64,000 bases of DNA from an uncultured Candidatus Saccharibacteria bacterium (lineage in GTDB: Bacteria; Patescibacteriota; Minisyncoccia; Phycocordibacterales; UBA9973). How positions within the stretch are numbered: the stretch's first letter is position 1; each line of letters starts with the position of its first letter. The DNA lies in NCBI GenBank assembly GCA_964527235.1, contig CAZGNC010000001.1:170344-234343 (forward strand), in the 5' to 3' direction. The notes under the pieces were generated by a model. It saw only the letters and a program-made list of their open reading frames with translations. It had not been told where the DNA came from and searched no databases. This document shows, piece by piece, positions 43,365 to 54,192 of this stretch. Position numbers and translations under genes: made by a program.

Positions 43365-44240
43365 ATGACAAATGTGAAAACACTGCGTGAGTGTGTGAGA
43401 GATGCTGAGGAGAGAGGTGTGGCTATAGGCCACTTTAATATTTCAAATTTAGAAGGGCTCCACGCTATCTATAGTGCTGCTAGTAAATTAAATGTGCCAG
43501 TAATCATTGGTCTCTCTGAAGGTGAAGAGTCTTTTGTAGGGCGAAGTGAGGCTGTTGCACTAGTGCGGGCTATTCGTGAGCGAGATAGCTACCCAATATT
43601 TCTAAATGCTGATCATCATGGTAGTTTTGAGTCTGTGAAAAAGGCTATAGATGAAGGATTTGATTCTGTAATTATCGATGTTGCGAAATTAAGCTTCGAA
43701 GAAAATGTAAAAATTACAAAAGAGTGTGTGGACTATGCACGAAAAGTTTCGAAAGAAACCGGACGCGATATCTTAGTCGAAGGCGAGCTTGGGTATATTG
43801 GTTCAGGATCAAATATCAAAGACACTATCCCCGAAGGTGCCGGAGTCCTTACCAAGCCCGAGGAAGCACAGAAATTCGTAGAGCTTACGGGTATAGATAT
43901 GCTAGCTCCGTCTGTAGGGAGCATCCACGGGCTCATAAAGAGCGGTAAACCGCATATTAATGCAGAACTGGTCAAAGAGATCAGGCAGACCGCTGGCGTG
44001 CCCCTAGTGCTCCACGGTGGCTCTGGGCTACGAGATGTAGATTTCACCAATGCGATCTCTGCAGGTATCGGTATCGTGCACATAAACACAGAGATAAGGA
44101 TTGCATTTGCTGATGGAGTGAAGGAATCAATATCAAAAAATCCTGATGAAGTTGTTCCGTATAAAATTATGCAACCTGCTCAAGACGCTATCGAGAAAGT
44201 TGTAGAAGAGAGGTTAAAGTTATTTAATAACTTGCAATAG
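43365..44240 (+). CDS. fba: class II fructose/tagatose-bisphosphate aldolase
   Basis: 291 aa; HFNISNLEG, LNADHHGS (zinc ligands), LVLHGGSG. Confidence 0.8.
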   Translation: MTNVKTLRECVRDAEERGVAIGHFNISNLEGLHAIYSAASKLNVPVIIGLSEGEESFVGRSEAVALVRAIRERDSYPIFLNADHHGSFESVKKAIDEGFDSVIIDVAKLSFEENVKITKECVDYARKVSKETGRDILVEGELGYIGSGSNIKDTIPEGAGVLTKPEEAQKFVELTGIDMLAPSVGSIHGLIKSGKPHINAELVKEIRQTAGVPLVLHGGSGLRDVDFTNAISAGIGIVHINTEIRIAFADGVKESISKNPDEVVPYKIMQPAQDAIEKVVEERLKLFNNLQ

Positions 44241-45911
44241 ATGAAAGAAGAAATACAGAAAATATTTAAAGGAGACGTTGAGGATTCTGAAGAAGTTCTG
44301 ACGAAATACTCTCGTGATGCGAGTCTTCTTTTGATACGTCCACAGGTTGTGGTTTTTCCGAAAGACAGTGCTGATGTGCAGAGTTTAGTGAAATGGGTAA
44401 ATGACAATAAAGAAAAGTATCCTGAACTAGCCATAACTGCGAGATGTGCCGGCACCGATATGTCGGGGGCGGCGATAGGTGAATCCATAATTATGGATTT
44501 TTCGCGTTACATGAACAAACTCATAAAGTTCGAAGGTGATGTGATAACAGTCGAGCCGGGGATGTTCTATCGAGATTTTGAGAAGATAACATTAGAGAGA
44601 GGTTTGATTCTGCCTTGCTATACAGCTTCTAAGAGCCTAAATGCTATGGGTGGTATGTATGGTAATAACTCGGCAGGTGAGAAGACTTTAAAGTATGGTA
44701 AGACAGAAAGATATATAGAGGAAGCCAAGGTGGTGTTCGCTGATGGTAACGAATATATAGTTAAGAATTTATCTCTTGATGAATTGGCTGAAAAGAAAAA
44801 GAAAAGAAATTTCGAAAGCAAAATGTATAAAGGTGTTTTTGATTTAATAGAAAAAAACAAAGAAGAGATCACACATGCTAAACCTCAAGTTAGCAAAAAC
44901 GCAGCCGGGTATTATGTTTGGAATGTTCTCGATGAGAATAATTTTGACCTCAACAAGCTTCTTGTTGGTTCTCAGGGATCTCTCGGCATCGCTACTGAGA
45001 TCAGCTTCAAGCTTTTACCCAATCCGAAATACTCCAAGCTCGTTGCGGTTTTTATAAATGATCTCTCACCTCTAGGCTCATTAGTGGATTCCATACTAGA
45101 ATTAAAGCCAGAAACACTCGAAGCATACGACGACAAGACCATGAAGCTGGCGGTGCGGTTTTTCCCGGATTTCTTAAAGAACAAAGGTGTGATAGGTATG
45201 ATTAAGTTCTTGCTGAGTTTCTTACCAGAAGCATTCTTGATGGCACTCTCTGGAGGATTCCCTAAGCTCATTCTCTTGGTTGAGTTTGCTGGATATGATA
45301 ATGCTGATGCTGACAAAAAGTGCCTAGAATTAGTTCAGAAAATTGCTAATTTCAAACTTAAAACCCATATCACTGAGAGCCAAGAAGAAGCTAACAAGTA
45401 TTGGGATATTCGTAGAGAAAGTTTCAGTCTTTTGCGCAAGCATGTGAACAAGAAGCACACTGCTCCATTTATCGACGACATAATAGTTCGCCCAGAATTC
45501 CTGCCCAAATTTATTCCAGAACTCAATGCAATTCTTGGTAAATATAAACTTACCTATACTATTGCCGGGCATGCTGGTGATGGCAATTTTCACATTATTC
45601 CGCTCATGGATTTCTCTCGAGATGATACTGCGAGAATAATAATGGAACTTTCCGAGTCCGTGTATGATTTAGTGGCACGATACCAGGGGTCAATCACAGC
45701 AGAGCATAATGACGGCATTATTCGCACACCGTTTCTACCCAAAATGTATAATCCCAAAGTCATATCAATATTCAAAGATATCAAGGAAATATTTGACCCA
45801 AAGAATATATTTAATCCTGGTAAAAAGGTAGCACTAGAAAAGGGTGCAGGAACTAAAGAGTATATAACCCTTCACGTTGCTCGAGAGCATACCCTAACTC
45901 ACAAGGTTTAA
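44241..45911 (+). CDS. FAD-linked oxidase (GlcD/D-lactate dehydrogenase-like)
   Basis: 556 aa; FAD_binding_4 N-terminal domain (VVFPKDSADVQSLVKW..., CAGTDMSGAAIG); C-terminal FAD-oxidase domain (GSITAEHNDG). Confidence 0.65.
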   Translation: MKEEIQKIFKGDVEDSEEVLTKYSRDASLLLIRPQVVVFPKDSADVQSLVKWVNDNKEKYPELAITARCAGTDMSGAAIGESIIMDFSRYMNKLIKFEGDVITVEPGMFYRDFEKITLERGLILPCYTASKSLNAMGGMYGNNSAGEKTLKYGKTERYIEEAKVVFADGNEYIVKNLSLDELAEKKKKRNFESKMYKGVFDLIEKNKEEITHAKPQVSKNAAGYYVWNVLDENNFDLNKLLVGSQGSLGIATEISFKLLPNPKYSKLVAVFINDLSPLGSLVDSILELKPETLEAYDDKTMKLAVRFFPDFLKNKGVIGMIKFLLSFLPEAFLMALSGGFPKLILLVEFAGYDNADADKKCLELVQKIANFKLKTHITESQEEANKYWDIRRESFSLLRKHVNKKHTAPFIDDIIVRPEFLPKFIPELNAILGKYKLTYTIAGHAGDGNFHIIPLMDFSRDDTARIIMELSESVYDLVARYQGSITAEHNDGIIRTPFLPKMYNPKVISIFKDIKEIFDPKNIFNPGKKVALEKGAGTKEYITLHVAREHTLTHKV

Positions 45912-45968
45912 GGTATCGGTGGAAAGCCTTAGGTTGCATTTTTTATTTTTTCCTATATAATATCCCTC

Positions 45969-46619
45969 ATGTTTGTAATTAAAGCAAAAAAGCGAGATCC
46001 TAGTATAAAACTAGATGTTCTAAGAAAAGGGGGAGAAATCCCTGCTGTTTTTTACGGGGCAGGAAAGGCTTCAACCCCTATCTCTATCAACAACGTTGAA
46101 TTCAAGAAAATCTGGTACAAATCAGGTGAATCTTCTACTGTTAAAATCTCTACTCCAGACGGAGAAATAGATGCTCTTATTCACGAAGTGCAAGTCGATC
46201 CTGTTACTGATGAGCCTATACACGTAGACTTACTAGCTATCGACATGACCAAGAAACTTCGCGTAGGAGTGAGTCTTGAATTTACTGGAGTTTCAAATGC
46301 TGTGAAAAGTGGCGTTGGTACTTTGGTTAAAGTTCTCCACGAAATCGAAGTTGAAGCTTTGCCGAAAGACCTCCCTCACGGATTGACTGTTGATATCTCC
46401 ACATTGCAAAATATTAAAGATCAAATTCTTGTTTCTGACATCAAGCTTCCTGAAGGTGTTGTTGCTATCACAGGCCCTGAAGAAGTAGTCTGCTCTATCG
46501 CTGAACAAAAAGAAGAAAAAGAAGAAGAGGCCGCTCCAGTTGACCTATCTGCTATCGAAGTAGAGAAGAAAGGTAAGAAAGAAGAAGAAGGAGCTCCTAC
46601 AGCAGAAGCTGCTGCTTAA
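45969..46619 (+). CDS. rplY: 50S ribosomal protein L25/general stress protein Ctc (bL25)
   Basis: 216 aa; N-terminal L25 beta-barrel (IPAVFYG...), Ctc-type C-terminal extension, acidic tail. Confidence 0.75.
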   Translation: MFVIKAKKRDPSIKLDVLRKGGEIPAVFYGAGKASTPISINNVEFKKIWYKSGESSTVKISTPDGEIDALIHEVQVDPVTDEPIHVDLLAIDMTKKLRVGVSLEFTGVSNAVKSGVGTLVKVLHEIEVEALPKDLPHGLTVDISTLQNIKDQILVSDIKLPEGVVAITGPEEVVCSIAEQKEEKEEEAAPVDLSAIEVEKKGKKEEEGAPTAEAAA

Positions 46620-46661
46620 AGATAGAATTCTCCTAAAAGAATATGCTATAATACTAATTCC

Positions 46662-48017
46662 ATGAAAGGAAGAATTTTTTTATTTTTATTTTTGATAATT
46701 TTTAGTGTATTTGGATTTCAGCCTTATAGATTAGAGGCTTTTGATTGTTTAACTATTAGCACTTCATCACCCCAGAGCGATAAAGATTACTGCAAGAAAG
46801 AGCTCTCTCAGATTGAAGCTGAGCTTGCAAAGCTTATAGAACTTCAGAAAGAACAGCAGAAGAAAACAGGCACCATCGCCGGAGATGTTAATTATTTGAC
46901 CAGCCAGATAAACGCGCTAAAGACGAAAGTCAAAGCTCGGTCTTTGGCTATTGCTCAGCTCAAGGTGGCTATAGTCGAGAAGAACTCAACCATTAAGTCT
47001 CTTAATCAAAAGATAGATCGCGAATACGAGTCTATCGCTCAGCTTCTTCGTGATACCAATAGGTATGACAATGAAACTTTAGTGCATATGATGCTTTCTG
47101 ACCAGAGTATCTCGAATTTCTATAATGACTTAGAAGCTTATGCATCAATAAAAGCAGCCGTTAAGGAATCAGTTGATAGAATTCGTGGCATCAAGACTCT
47201 TACCGAAACCCAGAAGCAAGATTTAGAAAAGAAACAAAACGCTGAGACTGATGCCAAGGTAGAGCTTGAGAACGCGCAGAAAAAAGTCGCCCAGACAGAA
47301 GCAGAGAAGAAGCAACTTCTTGCTGTTTCAAAACAAGCCGAAAGCGCATACCAGAAATTAGCTGCTGAGAAGAAAGCTCGAGCAGATAGAATTCGTAGCG
47401 CTCTTTTCCCACTAGCAGGAACAACTCAAAAGATAGAATTCGGTACAGCACTTCAGTACGCGAACGAAGTGAGTAAACTCACAGGAGTAGAGCCCGCATT
47501 TCTTCTAGCAATATTAACTCAAGAGAGTAACCTAGGCGCCAACGTTGGTCAGTGTTATCTAACTAACCCAGATACTGGTGCTGGTGTGGGTAAAAATACA
47601 GGTACGCCTTTCTGGAATGTGATGAAGCCTACTCGTGACGTGGGTCCGTTTTTGGAAATAACTACAGCTTTGAAATTGAATGCCTTCCAGACCGCGGTGT
47701 CTTGTCCTATTGCTGGAGTTGCGGGTTGGGGAGGTGCGATGGGTCCTGCACAGTTCATTCCTTCTACTTGGAAAATCTTTGAGAAGCGTTTGGAGAGCGC
47801 TTTGGGACACTTTGCTAACCCTTGGGCTCCTAAAGACGCATTCTTGGCTTCTGCTATGTACCTTACCGACCTTGGGGCTGTTGGTACCAGTGCCACAGCT
47901 CAGAGTATCGCGGCATGTAGGTACTATGGTTCGGGTGGGGCGACTTGTCAGTACGGTAAAAGTGTTGCTAACTTGAAGAACACCATACAGGCAAACATAG
48001 ATTTGCTTTCCAATTAA
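46662..48017 (+). CDS. secreted coiled-coil protein with a C-terminal MltB-like lytic transglycosylase domain
   Basis: 451 aa; signal/TM; long coiled-coil; catalytic-region motifs ILTQESNLG and GAMGPAQFIPSTW. Confidence 0.55.
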   Translation: MKGRIFLFLFLIIFSVFGFQPYRLEAFDCLTISTSSPQSDKDYCKKELSQIEAELAKLIELQKEQQKKTGTIAGDVNYLTSQINALKTKVKARSLAIAQLKVAIVEKNSTIKSLNQKIDREYESIAQLLRDTNRYDNETLVHMMLSDQSISNFYNDLEAYASIKAAVKESVDRIRGIKTLTETQKQDLEKKQNAETDAKVELENAQKKVAQTEAEKKQLLAVSKQAESAYQKLAAEKKARADRIRSALFPLAGTTQKIEFGTALQYANEVSKLTGVEPAFLLAILTQESNLGANVGQCYLTNPDTGAGVGKNTGTPFWNVMKPTRDVGPFLEITTALKLNAFQTAVSCPIAGVAGWGGAMGPAQFIPSTWKIFEKRLESALGHFANPWAPKDAFLASAMYLTDLGAVGTSATAQSIAACRYYGSGGATCQYGKSVANLKNTIQANIDLLSN

Positions 48018-48040
48018 AATCGTGTTAATCTACCCTAGTT

Positions 48041-48259
48041 ATGAAAAAAGAGATACACCCAGAATTTAATACTAAAACTACAGCTACCTGTGCTTGCGGA
48101 GCTACTTTTCTAGTTGGTTCTACTGCAAAGGAAATAAAGATGGAAATCTGCAGTAACTGCCACCCTTTCTATACAGGAAACGAAAAAATAATGGATACTA
48201 CAGGACGAGTTGAGAGATTCAACAAGCGTAAGGCTGCAACTGCTAAGGCTAAGAAGTAG
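48041..48259 (+). CDS. rpmE: 50S ribosomal protein L31 (zinc-ribbon type A)
   Basis: 72 aa; MKKEIHPEF...CACG...CSNCHPFYTG. Confidence 0.85.
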   Translation: MKKEIHPEFNTKTTATCACGATFLVGSTAKEIKMEICSNCHPFYTGNEKIMDTTGRVERFNKRKAATAKAKK

Positions 48260-48265
48260 ATACCT

Positions 48266-48364
48266 TCTAGATATACTTTTCTGGAGCACGGATATTTTTC
48301 TGGTGAAAAATTCCTCGTGCTCGCGCCGGTCGCGCTCGCAAGTCTCCCAAAAAGTATATCTAGA
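48266..48364. repeat. ~99-bp palindromic element, copy B, intergenic between rpmE and prfA; perfect 15-bp terminal inverted repeats flank the same ~58-bp core as in tsaD
   Basis: IRs tctagatatactttt / aaaagtatatctaga; core acggatatttttctggtgaaaaattcctcgtgctcgcgccggtcgcgctcgcaagtctc (about 55/59 identical to the tsaD copy). Confidence 0.6.
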
Positions 48365-48376
48365 GAATACTTATAC

Positions 48377-49342
48377 ATGGATTTAGACGCACTTAAAAAA
48401 GATCATCGTACAAGCTATCTCGCAGAAATGTTGGAGAAACTTTTGCGTGAAGAAGCAGAAGTGCGTGAGATGCTTGCAAGTGACGACACTCTACACGAAA
48501 TGGCTGCCAAAGAGCTCAAGTATATCCAAGAGCAAAAGGACGGAGTAGAGAAACAAATCCAAGATATTTTAGATAAAGATAAAGAGGAGGAAGAATTCCC
48601 CAATGAAATAGTGCTCGAAGTTAGAGCAGGCGCTGGCGGAGACGAGGCCTCGCTTTTTGCATGGGAGATAGCTCACATGTACGAGAAATATGCTGAAAAG
48701 CAGAAGTGGGACTGGAAGACCAACTATGAGTCCAAGAGCGACATCGCTGGCTACAAAGAGGCGAGTTTTGAAATACGAGGCAAGGACGTTTATAAAAAGA
48801 TGCGTTACGAGACTGGCGTGCATCGCGTGCAGAGAATCCCTGCAACTGAGAAGAATGGTAGAGTCCATACCTCGACTGCGTCTGTGGCTGTACTACCGAT
48901 AAAGAAGAAAGTAAACTTTGAAATAAATCCTGCTGATATAGATATGGAGTATTCTCGTTCTGGTGGTAAGGGCGGGCAGAACGTGAACAAAGTCGAGACT
49001 GCAGTTCGCCTGATTCACAAGCCTACTGGCATAGATGTGCGTTCTACTAATCAACGCAGTCAGATGGCGAACCGCGAACAAGCTATGAATATTCTATTAG
49101 CCAAACTTTCGGCTTTAAAAGAAGAAGAGGAGGCGAAGAAGTATGCCGGTGAACGAAAAGGCCAGATCGGCACAGGGGACAGATCAGAGAAGATTCGAAC
49201 CTATAACTTCCCCCAAGACCGTCTAACCGACCACAGAATCAAGAAATCTTGGCATAACCTACCTAAAATCATGGAAGGCGATATGGGTGAAATCATAGCT
49301 TCTGTTGAGTCTGGCGAAGTAGGTAGTGAAGACGAGGAGTAA
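48377..49342 (+). CDS. prfA: peptide chain release factor 1
   Basis: GGQ motif ([11 protein letters not shown]); PAT tripeptide (RF1-type PxT); start at MDLDALKK, downstream of the palindromic element and not at the track's 48317. Confidence 0.85.
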   Translation: MDLDALKKDHRTSYLAEMLEKLLREEAEVREMLASDDTLHEMAAKELKYIQEQKDGVEKQIQDILDKDKEEEEFPNEIVLEVRAGAGGDEASLFAWEIAHMYEKYAEKQKWDWKTNYESKSDIAGYKEASFEIRGKDVYKKMRYETGVHRVQRIPATEKNGRVHTSTASVAVLPIKKKVNFEINPADIDMEYSRSGGKGGQNVNKVETAVRLIHKPTGIDVRSTNQRSQMANREQAMNILLAKLSALKEEEEAKKYAGERKGQIGTGDRSEKIRTYNFPQDRLTDHRIKKSWHNLPKIMEGDMGEIIASVESGEVGSEDEE

Positions 49343-49518
49343 GATTGCTTTTTTCGCTACTTTGTGCTATACTACTAGGGTAGGTTTCTCCAAGAGCTTT
49401 TTTGTTTCCATTGTGAGTTTCGATTTCTATGCATCAAGAAGACTTCGAGCGGTAAGAGCATCTACGCATTATAATTAGTTTTTGCCCGGTTTTTCAAAAA
49501 CGGGAGAAGTAAAATAAT

Positions 49519-49842
49519 ATGGCTACAAAGCTATATGTAGGGGGACTCCCTTACAGTACACAGGAAGATGCTCTACGTGAGTATTTTTCAACAGCAGGAA
49601 ACGTTACATCTGCTGTAATTATTATGGACAAGATGTCTGGTCGCTCAAAGGGTTTTGGATTCGTTGAAATGGCCTCAGATGAGGAAGCACAAAATGCTAT
49701 TTCTATGTTTAACGACAAAGAATTTGAAGGACGCAAATTGACCGTTAATGAAGCTCGTCCTATGGAAGCTCGCCCACCTCGAACAGGAGGCAGCAACGGA
49801 GGATACGGAGGTGGTTCACGTGGTGGACGCCGAGAATACTAA
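49519..49842 (+). CDS. RRM-domain RNA-binding protein with a Gly/Arg-rich C-terminal tail
   Basis: 107 aa; RNP2 LYVGGL; RNP1 KGFGFVEM; C-terminal GGSNGGYGGGSRGGRREY. Confidence 0.75.
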   Translation: MATKLYVGGLPYSTQEDALREYFSTAGNVTSAVIIMDKMSGRSKGFGFVEMASDEEAQNAISMFNDKEFEGRKLTVNEARPMEARPPRTGGSNGGYGGGSRGGRREY

Positions 49843-50018
49843 TTTCTTAAATTAGATATTAAAACAAAAAATCGCTCTAAGTTTCGGCTTGGGCGATTTT
49901 TTGTTTGCTCAAATCAAGATTTTTTGGTATAGTTTTTTGACTGCGTTTGTAGTTCCCTCGGCCGTAGCCTATGGGCGAGGCAGTGGTAGTATTTGAGTTT
50001 TTATCGAAAAATAAGTTT

Positions 50019-50090
50019 GCGTCTGTAGTTCAGTGGTAGAACGCTGTCCTGATAAGACAGAGGTCGATGGTTCGATTCCATCCAGACGCA
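50019..50090 (+). tRNA. tRNA-Ile (anticodon GAT)
   Basis: Acceptor GCGTCTG/CAGACGC; anticodon stem-loop CTGTC-CTGATAA-GACAG; T-loop TTCGATT. Confidence 0.85.
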
Positions 50091-50094
50091 CTAT

Positions 50095-50123
50095 TTGCAT
50101 CGTTTTAGTCTTTCGCATATAAT
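50095..50123 (+). promoter_or_regulatory. sigma70-like promoter TTGCAT-N17-TATAAT upstream of the ATP synthase operon
   Basis: ttgcatcgttttagtctttcgcatataat immediately after tRNA-Ile. Confidence 0.45.
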
Positions 50124-50162
50124 ACCTGAAAGCCTCAAGGGTGCATTTTTGGCTTTATTTTT

Positions 50163-50438
50163 GTGGATGAAGACAAGAAAAACTTGAAAGAAGCTTGGTG
50201 GAAGCAGGGTGTAACCTTGTTTTCTGAAGTTTCTTCTTGGATTGTCGGACCGATTATCTTGGCTCTTATCTTCGGTAAGATGCTTGATAATCATTATGGT
50301 ACCAAACCCTGGATATTTTTAGGTTTGACCGGATTGAGTTTCCTGGTTTCTTGTTACGGTATTTTCAAGATTGTTAGTAGGTATATGAAATCCATAGAAG
50401 AGTCGCAAAAATCAGATCAAGGAAAAAATATAGAATAA
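50163..50438 (+). CDS. ATP synthase protein I/AtpZ-like small membrane protein
   Basis: 91 aa with two TM helices; first gene of the atp operon. Confidence 0.4.
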   Translation: MDEDKKNLKEAWWKQGVTLFSEVSSWIVGPIILALIFGKMLDNHYGTKPWIFLGLTGLSFLVSCYGIFKIVSRYMKSIEESQKSDQGKNIE

Positions 50439-50441
50439 TTT

Positions 50442-51368
50442 ATGGCAACGCAAGAAAAAGTATTAGAAAAGGAAATAGAACATGAGGCTTCGACTCAAGA
50501 AGTTCATGAAAAAGCAGAAGGACACGAAGAGCTGGTTCACGAGGTGACTCTTTTTGCTGAGCCTGTTTTGCATTTTGGTAATTTTACAGTTACTAATGCA
50601 CTTTTGACTTCTTGGGTTGTGGTTCTGATAGTAATAATAATTTCAGGAGTGTTGCGTTCGAAGCTGAAAGAAGTTCCAGGTAAATTTCAGCACTTGTTTG
50701 AGATAGTTTTAGAAGGGGCACTGTCTTTATGTGACCAGGTTACCAATAGCCGAGCACTCACTTTGAGAATATTCCCTGTGGCTATTTCTGCTTTCTTTTT
50801 TATACTATTAAACAACTGGCTAGGCATCATGCCAATAGGTGGATTCGGCTTGATTGAGAACACCGAACACGGTAAGGCATTTATACCTTATTTCAGAGGG
50901 GGAACTGCAGATATAAATACAACAATTGCGCTTTCTGTGATGGCGGTTGTAGGGGCGAATCTATTCGGGATATTTTCTATCGGTGTCTGGAAAACCTTTA
51001 ATAAATATGTTAATATAAAGGCGCTCGGGGGGATATTTACCAAGGTAAAACATGATCCAACCGTGATTATCGTAGCTCCGATAACGTTTTTTGTGGGCTT
51101 GATAGAAATAGTTGGTGAATTTGCTAAGATAGCCTCTCTTTCTTTCCGTCTATTTGGTAACGTTTTTGCTGGGGAAGTACTGCTTGCATCTATGGCAGCA
51201 CTTATGGCTTACGTTGTTCCTATACCGTTTCTCTTCTTAGAAATACTTGTAGGAGTAATTCAGGCTCTCATATTCTCGATATTGCTTGTGGTTTACTTTA
51301 CGATTTCGGCGAGTGACCACGATGAGCATGAAGAGCATGGGGAAAGTCATGAGGTGGCCCATGCTTAA
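50442..51368 (+). CDS. atpB: F0F1 ATP synthase subunit a
   Basis: 308 aa; conserved Arg in LSFRLFGNVFAGE; hydrophilic acidic N-terminal extension and His-rich C-terminal tail. Confidence 0.85.
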   Translation: MATQEKVLEKEIEHEASTQEVHEKAEGHEELVHEVTLFAEPVLHFGNFTVTNALLTSWVVVLIVIIISGVLRSKLKEVPGKFQHLFEIVLEGALSLCDQVTNSRALTLRIFPVAISAFFFILLNNWLGIMPIGGFGLIENTEHGKAFIPYFRGGTADINTTIALSVMAVVGANLFGIFSIGVWKTFNKYVNIKALGGIFTKVKHDPTVIIVAPITFFVGLIEIVGEFAKIASLSFRLFGNVFAGEVLLASMAALMAYVVPIPFLFLEILVGVIQALIFSILLVVYFTISASDHDEHEEHGESHEVAHA

Positions 51369-51472
51369 AACATAGAAGCATACCTCTTTTGTATATGAAG
51401 AGTTTAGTCATTCGTATATAAAAGAGATCTGCTCCCGAAGAGAAGATCATTATTATTAATTATGCCGTGTAA

Positions 51473-51694
<222 letters not shown>

Positions 51695-51785
51695 TAGCAA
51701 TAGCTACTAGCTTCTCCTAGCTATCTTTTTAGCTGAGAGAAGCTAGTTGCTATGTCACTAGTAAATTTAAAATAAAATTATATTT

Positions 51786-52277
51786 ATGGAGTCAATCATT
51801 GAAACATTTCACATAGATTGGAAAATAATTGTAGCTCAGGCAGTGAACTTCGCTGTGGTTTTCCTCGTTCTGTATGTTTATGCGCTTAAACCACTCAGTA
51901 AGCTTATGGCTGAAAGAGGAGATAAGATTGCTAAAGGTTTAGACGATGCAAAGTCTAGTGCACTAAGACTTAAAGAAGCTGAAACAATAAAAGAAGAAAT
52001 GCTTACCAAGGCCCGCGCAGAAGCACAAACTATTTTTATGACTGGCAAGAAAGAAGCTGAAACCAAAAAAGCCGAAATGATGGAAGAAGCAAAGGCTGAG
52101 TTCGACAAGATAGTAAACAATGGTAAGAAAATCCTAGAAGCTGAAAAGGTGAAGATCTTGGAAGATGCCAAGAAAGAAATAGTCGCATTATCTATGGCCT
52201 CTGTAGAGAAATTGCTTGGACATAAAGCCGAAGGACTTTTCGACGAAAAGGCGATAAAAGATCTGCATAATATTTAA
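51786..52277 (+). CDS. atpF: F0F1 ATP synthase subunit b
   Basis: 163 aa; N-terminal TM then a long charged helix. Confidence 0.75.
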   Translation: MESIIETFHIDWKIIVAQAVNFAVVFLVLYVYALKPLSKLMAERGDKIAKGLDDAKSSALRLKEAETIKEEMLTKARAEAQTIFMTGKKEAETKKAEMMEEAKAEFDKIVNNGKKILEAEKVKILEDAKKEIVALSMASVEKLLGHKAEGLFDEKAIKDLHNI

Positions 52278-52282
52278 AATAT

Positions 52283-52693
52283 ATGGCTACAACATCCAAC
52301 AACACCATAGCGCACGCAATCTACGAAGTCACTAAAGGTAAATCTGGTGGCGAGCTAACGAGTGCGATGGGGGATGTTATGAAATTTTTAGTAAGAAAAA
52401 GGTTGCTTTCTAGGTCACCCGGTATAGTAACTTCTTTAGAGAAAATAATAAATAAAGAAGAAGGTGTGGTGAAAGCAAAAGTTCTAAGCGCCAGAAAACT
52501 AGATCACGATATCAAAACAAAGATAATTCAAGATTTAGAAAAACGATACGGAGCTAAAAAGATAATCTTAGAAGAAGAAATAAATGAAAAGTTGTTAGGC
52601 GGAGTAAAGATAGAGATAGGGGATGAAGTAATAGATTTAACACTGAAAAATAAAATTAACAAATTACAAGAACACTTAACCAGAATCAAATGA
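52283..52693 (+). CDS. atpH: F0F1 ATP synthase subunit delta (OSCP), short form
   Basis: 136 aa; operon position between atpF and atpA; ATGA overlap with atpA. Confidence 0.6.
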   Translation: MATTSNNTIAHAIYEVTKGKSGGELTSAMGDVMKFLVRKRLLSRSPGIVTSLEKIINKEEGVVKAKVLSARKLDHDIKTKIIQDLEKRYGAKKIILEEEINEKLLGGVKIEIGDEVIDLTLKNKINKLQEHLTRIK

Positions 52694-54186
52694 GTAACCA
52701 CATTGTAGACAATTTAAAAAAGGAGATAGAGAGCTTTACTTTGGCGAGCAAGATTGAAAAAGTCGGAAAGGTAGTAGAAGTTTTCGACGGTATTGCTAAG
52801 GTCACCGGTCTTGCTGATGTGCGTTCTTCTGAAATGGTTACTTTCGCTAATGGCGAGAGAGGTGTGGCGCTAAACCTCGAAGATGATATGGTTGGTGTTA
52901 TTATTCTCGGAGATTTCTCTAAGATTAAAGAAGGCGATGAAGTGAAAGCTACTGGTAGAATTCTCGAAGTTCCAGTTTCTGATAAAATCTTAGGCCGAGT
53001 GGTGAATGCGCTTGGTATGCCTATCGACGGCAAGGGGGCTATAGCAACTGAGAAAACTTATCCGATAGAAAAAGTTGCTCCTGGAGTCGTTACTCGTCAG
53101 GGAGTAGATCAGCCAGTTTCAACTGGTATCAAAGTTATTGATGCCATCATTCCTGTTGGCCGTGGTCAGCGTGAGCTTATCATCGGAGATCGTCAGACTG
53201 GTAAGACTGCTATCGCTATCGATACTATCCTAAATCAGAAAGGTCAGAATATGATTTGTGTGTATGTATCTATTGGTCAGAAAGATTCTAAATTAAGAAA
53301 ACTCCAAGTTCGCCTTGAAGAAGGTGGAGCTATGGATTATACCGTTATCGTTTCTGCTGGAGCATCAGAACCTGCACCGATGAGTTATATCGCTCCTTAC
53401 ACTGGAGTTGCTATTGCAGAATACTTCATGGATCAAGGCAAAGATGTTCTTATCGTTTACGATGATCTTTCTAAGCACGCAGTTGCTTACCGTGAAATCT
53501 CGCTTCTTCTTCGCCGTCCACCAGGTCGTGAAGCATACCCTGGAGACGTTTTCTACCTACACTCAAGATTACTAGAGCGTGCTTGCCGAAGAAATAAACA
53601 ATACGGTGGAGGCTCTATAACAGCTTTGCCTATCATTGAAACTCAAGCAGGCGACATCTCAGCATATATTCCTACTAACGTCATCTCTATTACTGATGGA
53701 CAGATATTCCTAGAGACTGATCTATTCTACAAAGGTATCCGTCCTGCTATCAGTGTCGGCGCATCTGTTTCTCGTGTGGGTTCTAGTGCACAGATTAAAG
53801 CTATGAAGAAAGTTGCAGGAACACTTAAGCTCGACTTGGCGCAGTATCGTGAGCTTGAAGCTTTCGCTCAGTTCGGCTCAGATTTGGATGAAAGTACCAA
53901 GAAACAACTTGAGAGAGGAAAACGTTCTGTGGAAATGCTCAAGCAGTTACAATACGCTCCTATCAAGACTGAGCACCAAGTTGTTGCTCTATATGCTCTT
54001 GTTAAGGGTTATATGGATGATGTGCCTGTTGAGAAGATCAAAGAGTTCGAGCAGGGGCTAGTTGATTATTCAGAAAATCATGCAAAGAAATTCCACAAGG
54101 AAGTACGAGAGACCAATATGTGGACTGACGCTGGAGAAGCAGAGCTTAAGAAAGCTATTGAAGATTTCAAAACGTCTTTTAAATAA
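52690..54186 (+). CDS. atpA: F0F1 ATP synthase subunit alpha
   Basis: 498 aa; P-loop GDRQTGKT; family-typical conservation throughout. Confidence 0.95.
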   Translation: MSNHIVDNLKKEIESFTLASKIEKVGKVVEVFDGIAKVTGLADVRSSEMVTFANGERGVALNLEDDMVGVIILGDFSKIKEGDEVKATGRILEVPVSDKILGRVVNALGMPIDGKGAIATEKTYPIEKVAPGVVTRQGVDQPVSTGIKVIDAIIPVGRGQRELIIGDRQTGKTAIAIDTILNQKGQNMICVYVSIGQKDSKLRKLQVRLEEGGAMDYTVIVSAGASEPAPMSYIAPYTGVAIAEYFMDQGKDVLIVYDDLSKHAVAYREISLLLRRPPGREAYPGDVFYLHSRLLERACRRNKQYGGGSITALPIIETQAGDISAYIPTNVISITDGQIFLETDLFYKGIRPAISVGASVSRVGSSAQIKAMKKVAGTLKLDLAQYRELEAFAQFGSDLDESTKKQLERGKRSVEMLKQLQYAPIKTEHQVVALYALVKGYMDDVPVEKIKEFEQGLVDYSENHAKKFHKEVRETNMWTDAGEAELKKAIEDFKTSFK

Positions 54187-54192
54187 TTATTT

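Noticed and set aside
48317-48376. N-terminal 20 codons of the track's prfA ORF
   Set aside because: They translate the palindromic repeat element. The canonical RF1 start is the Met at 48377.
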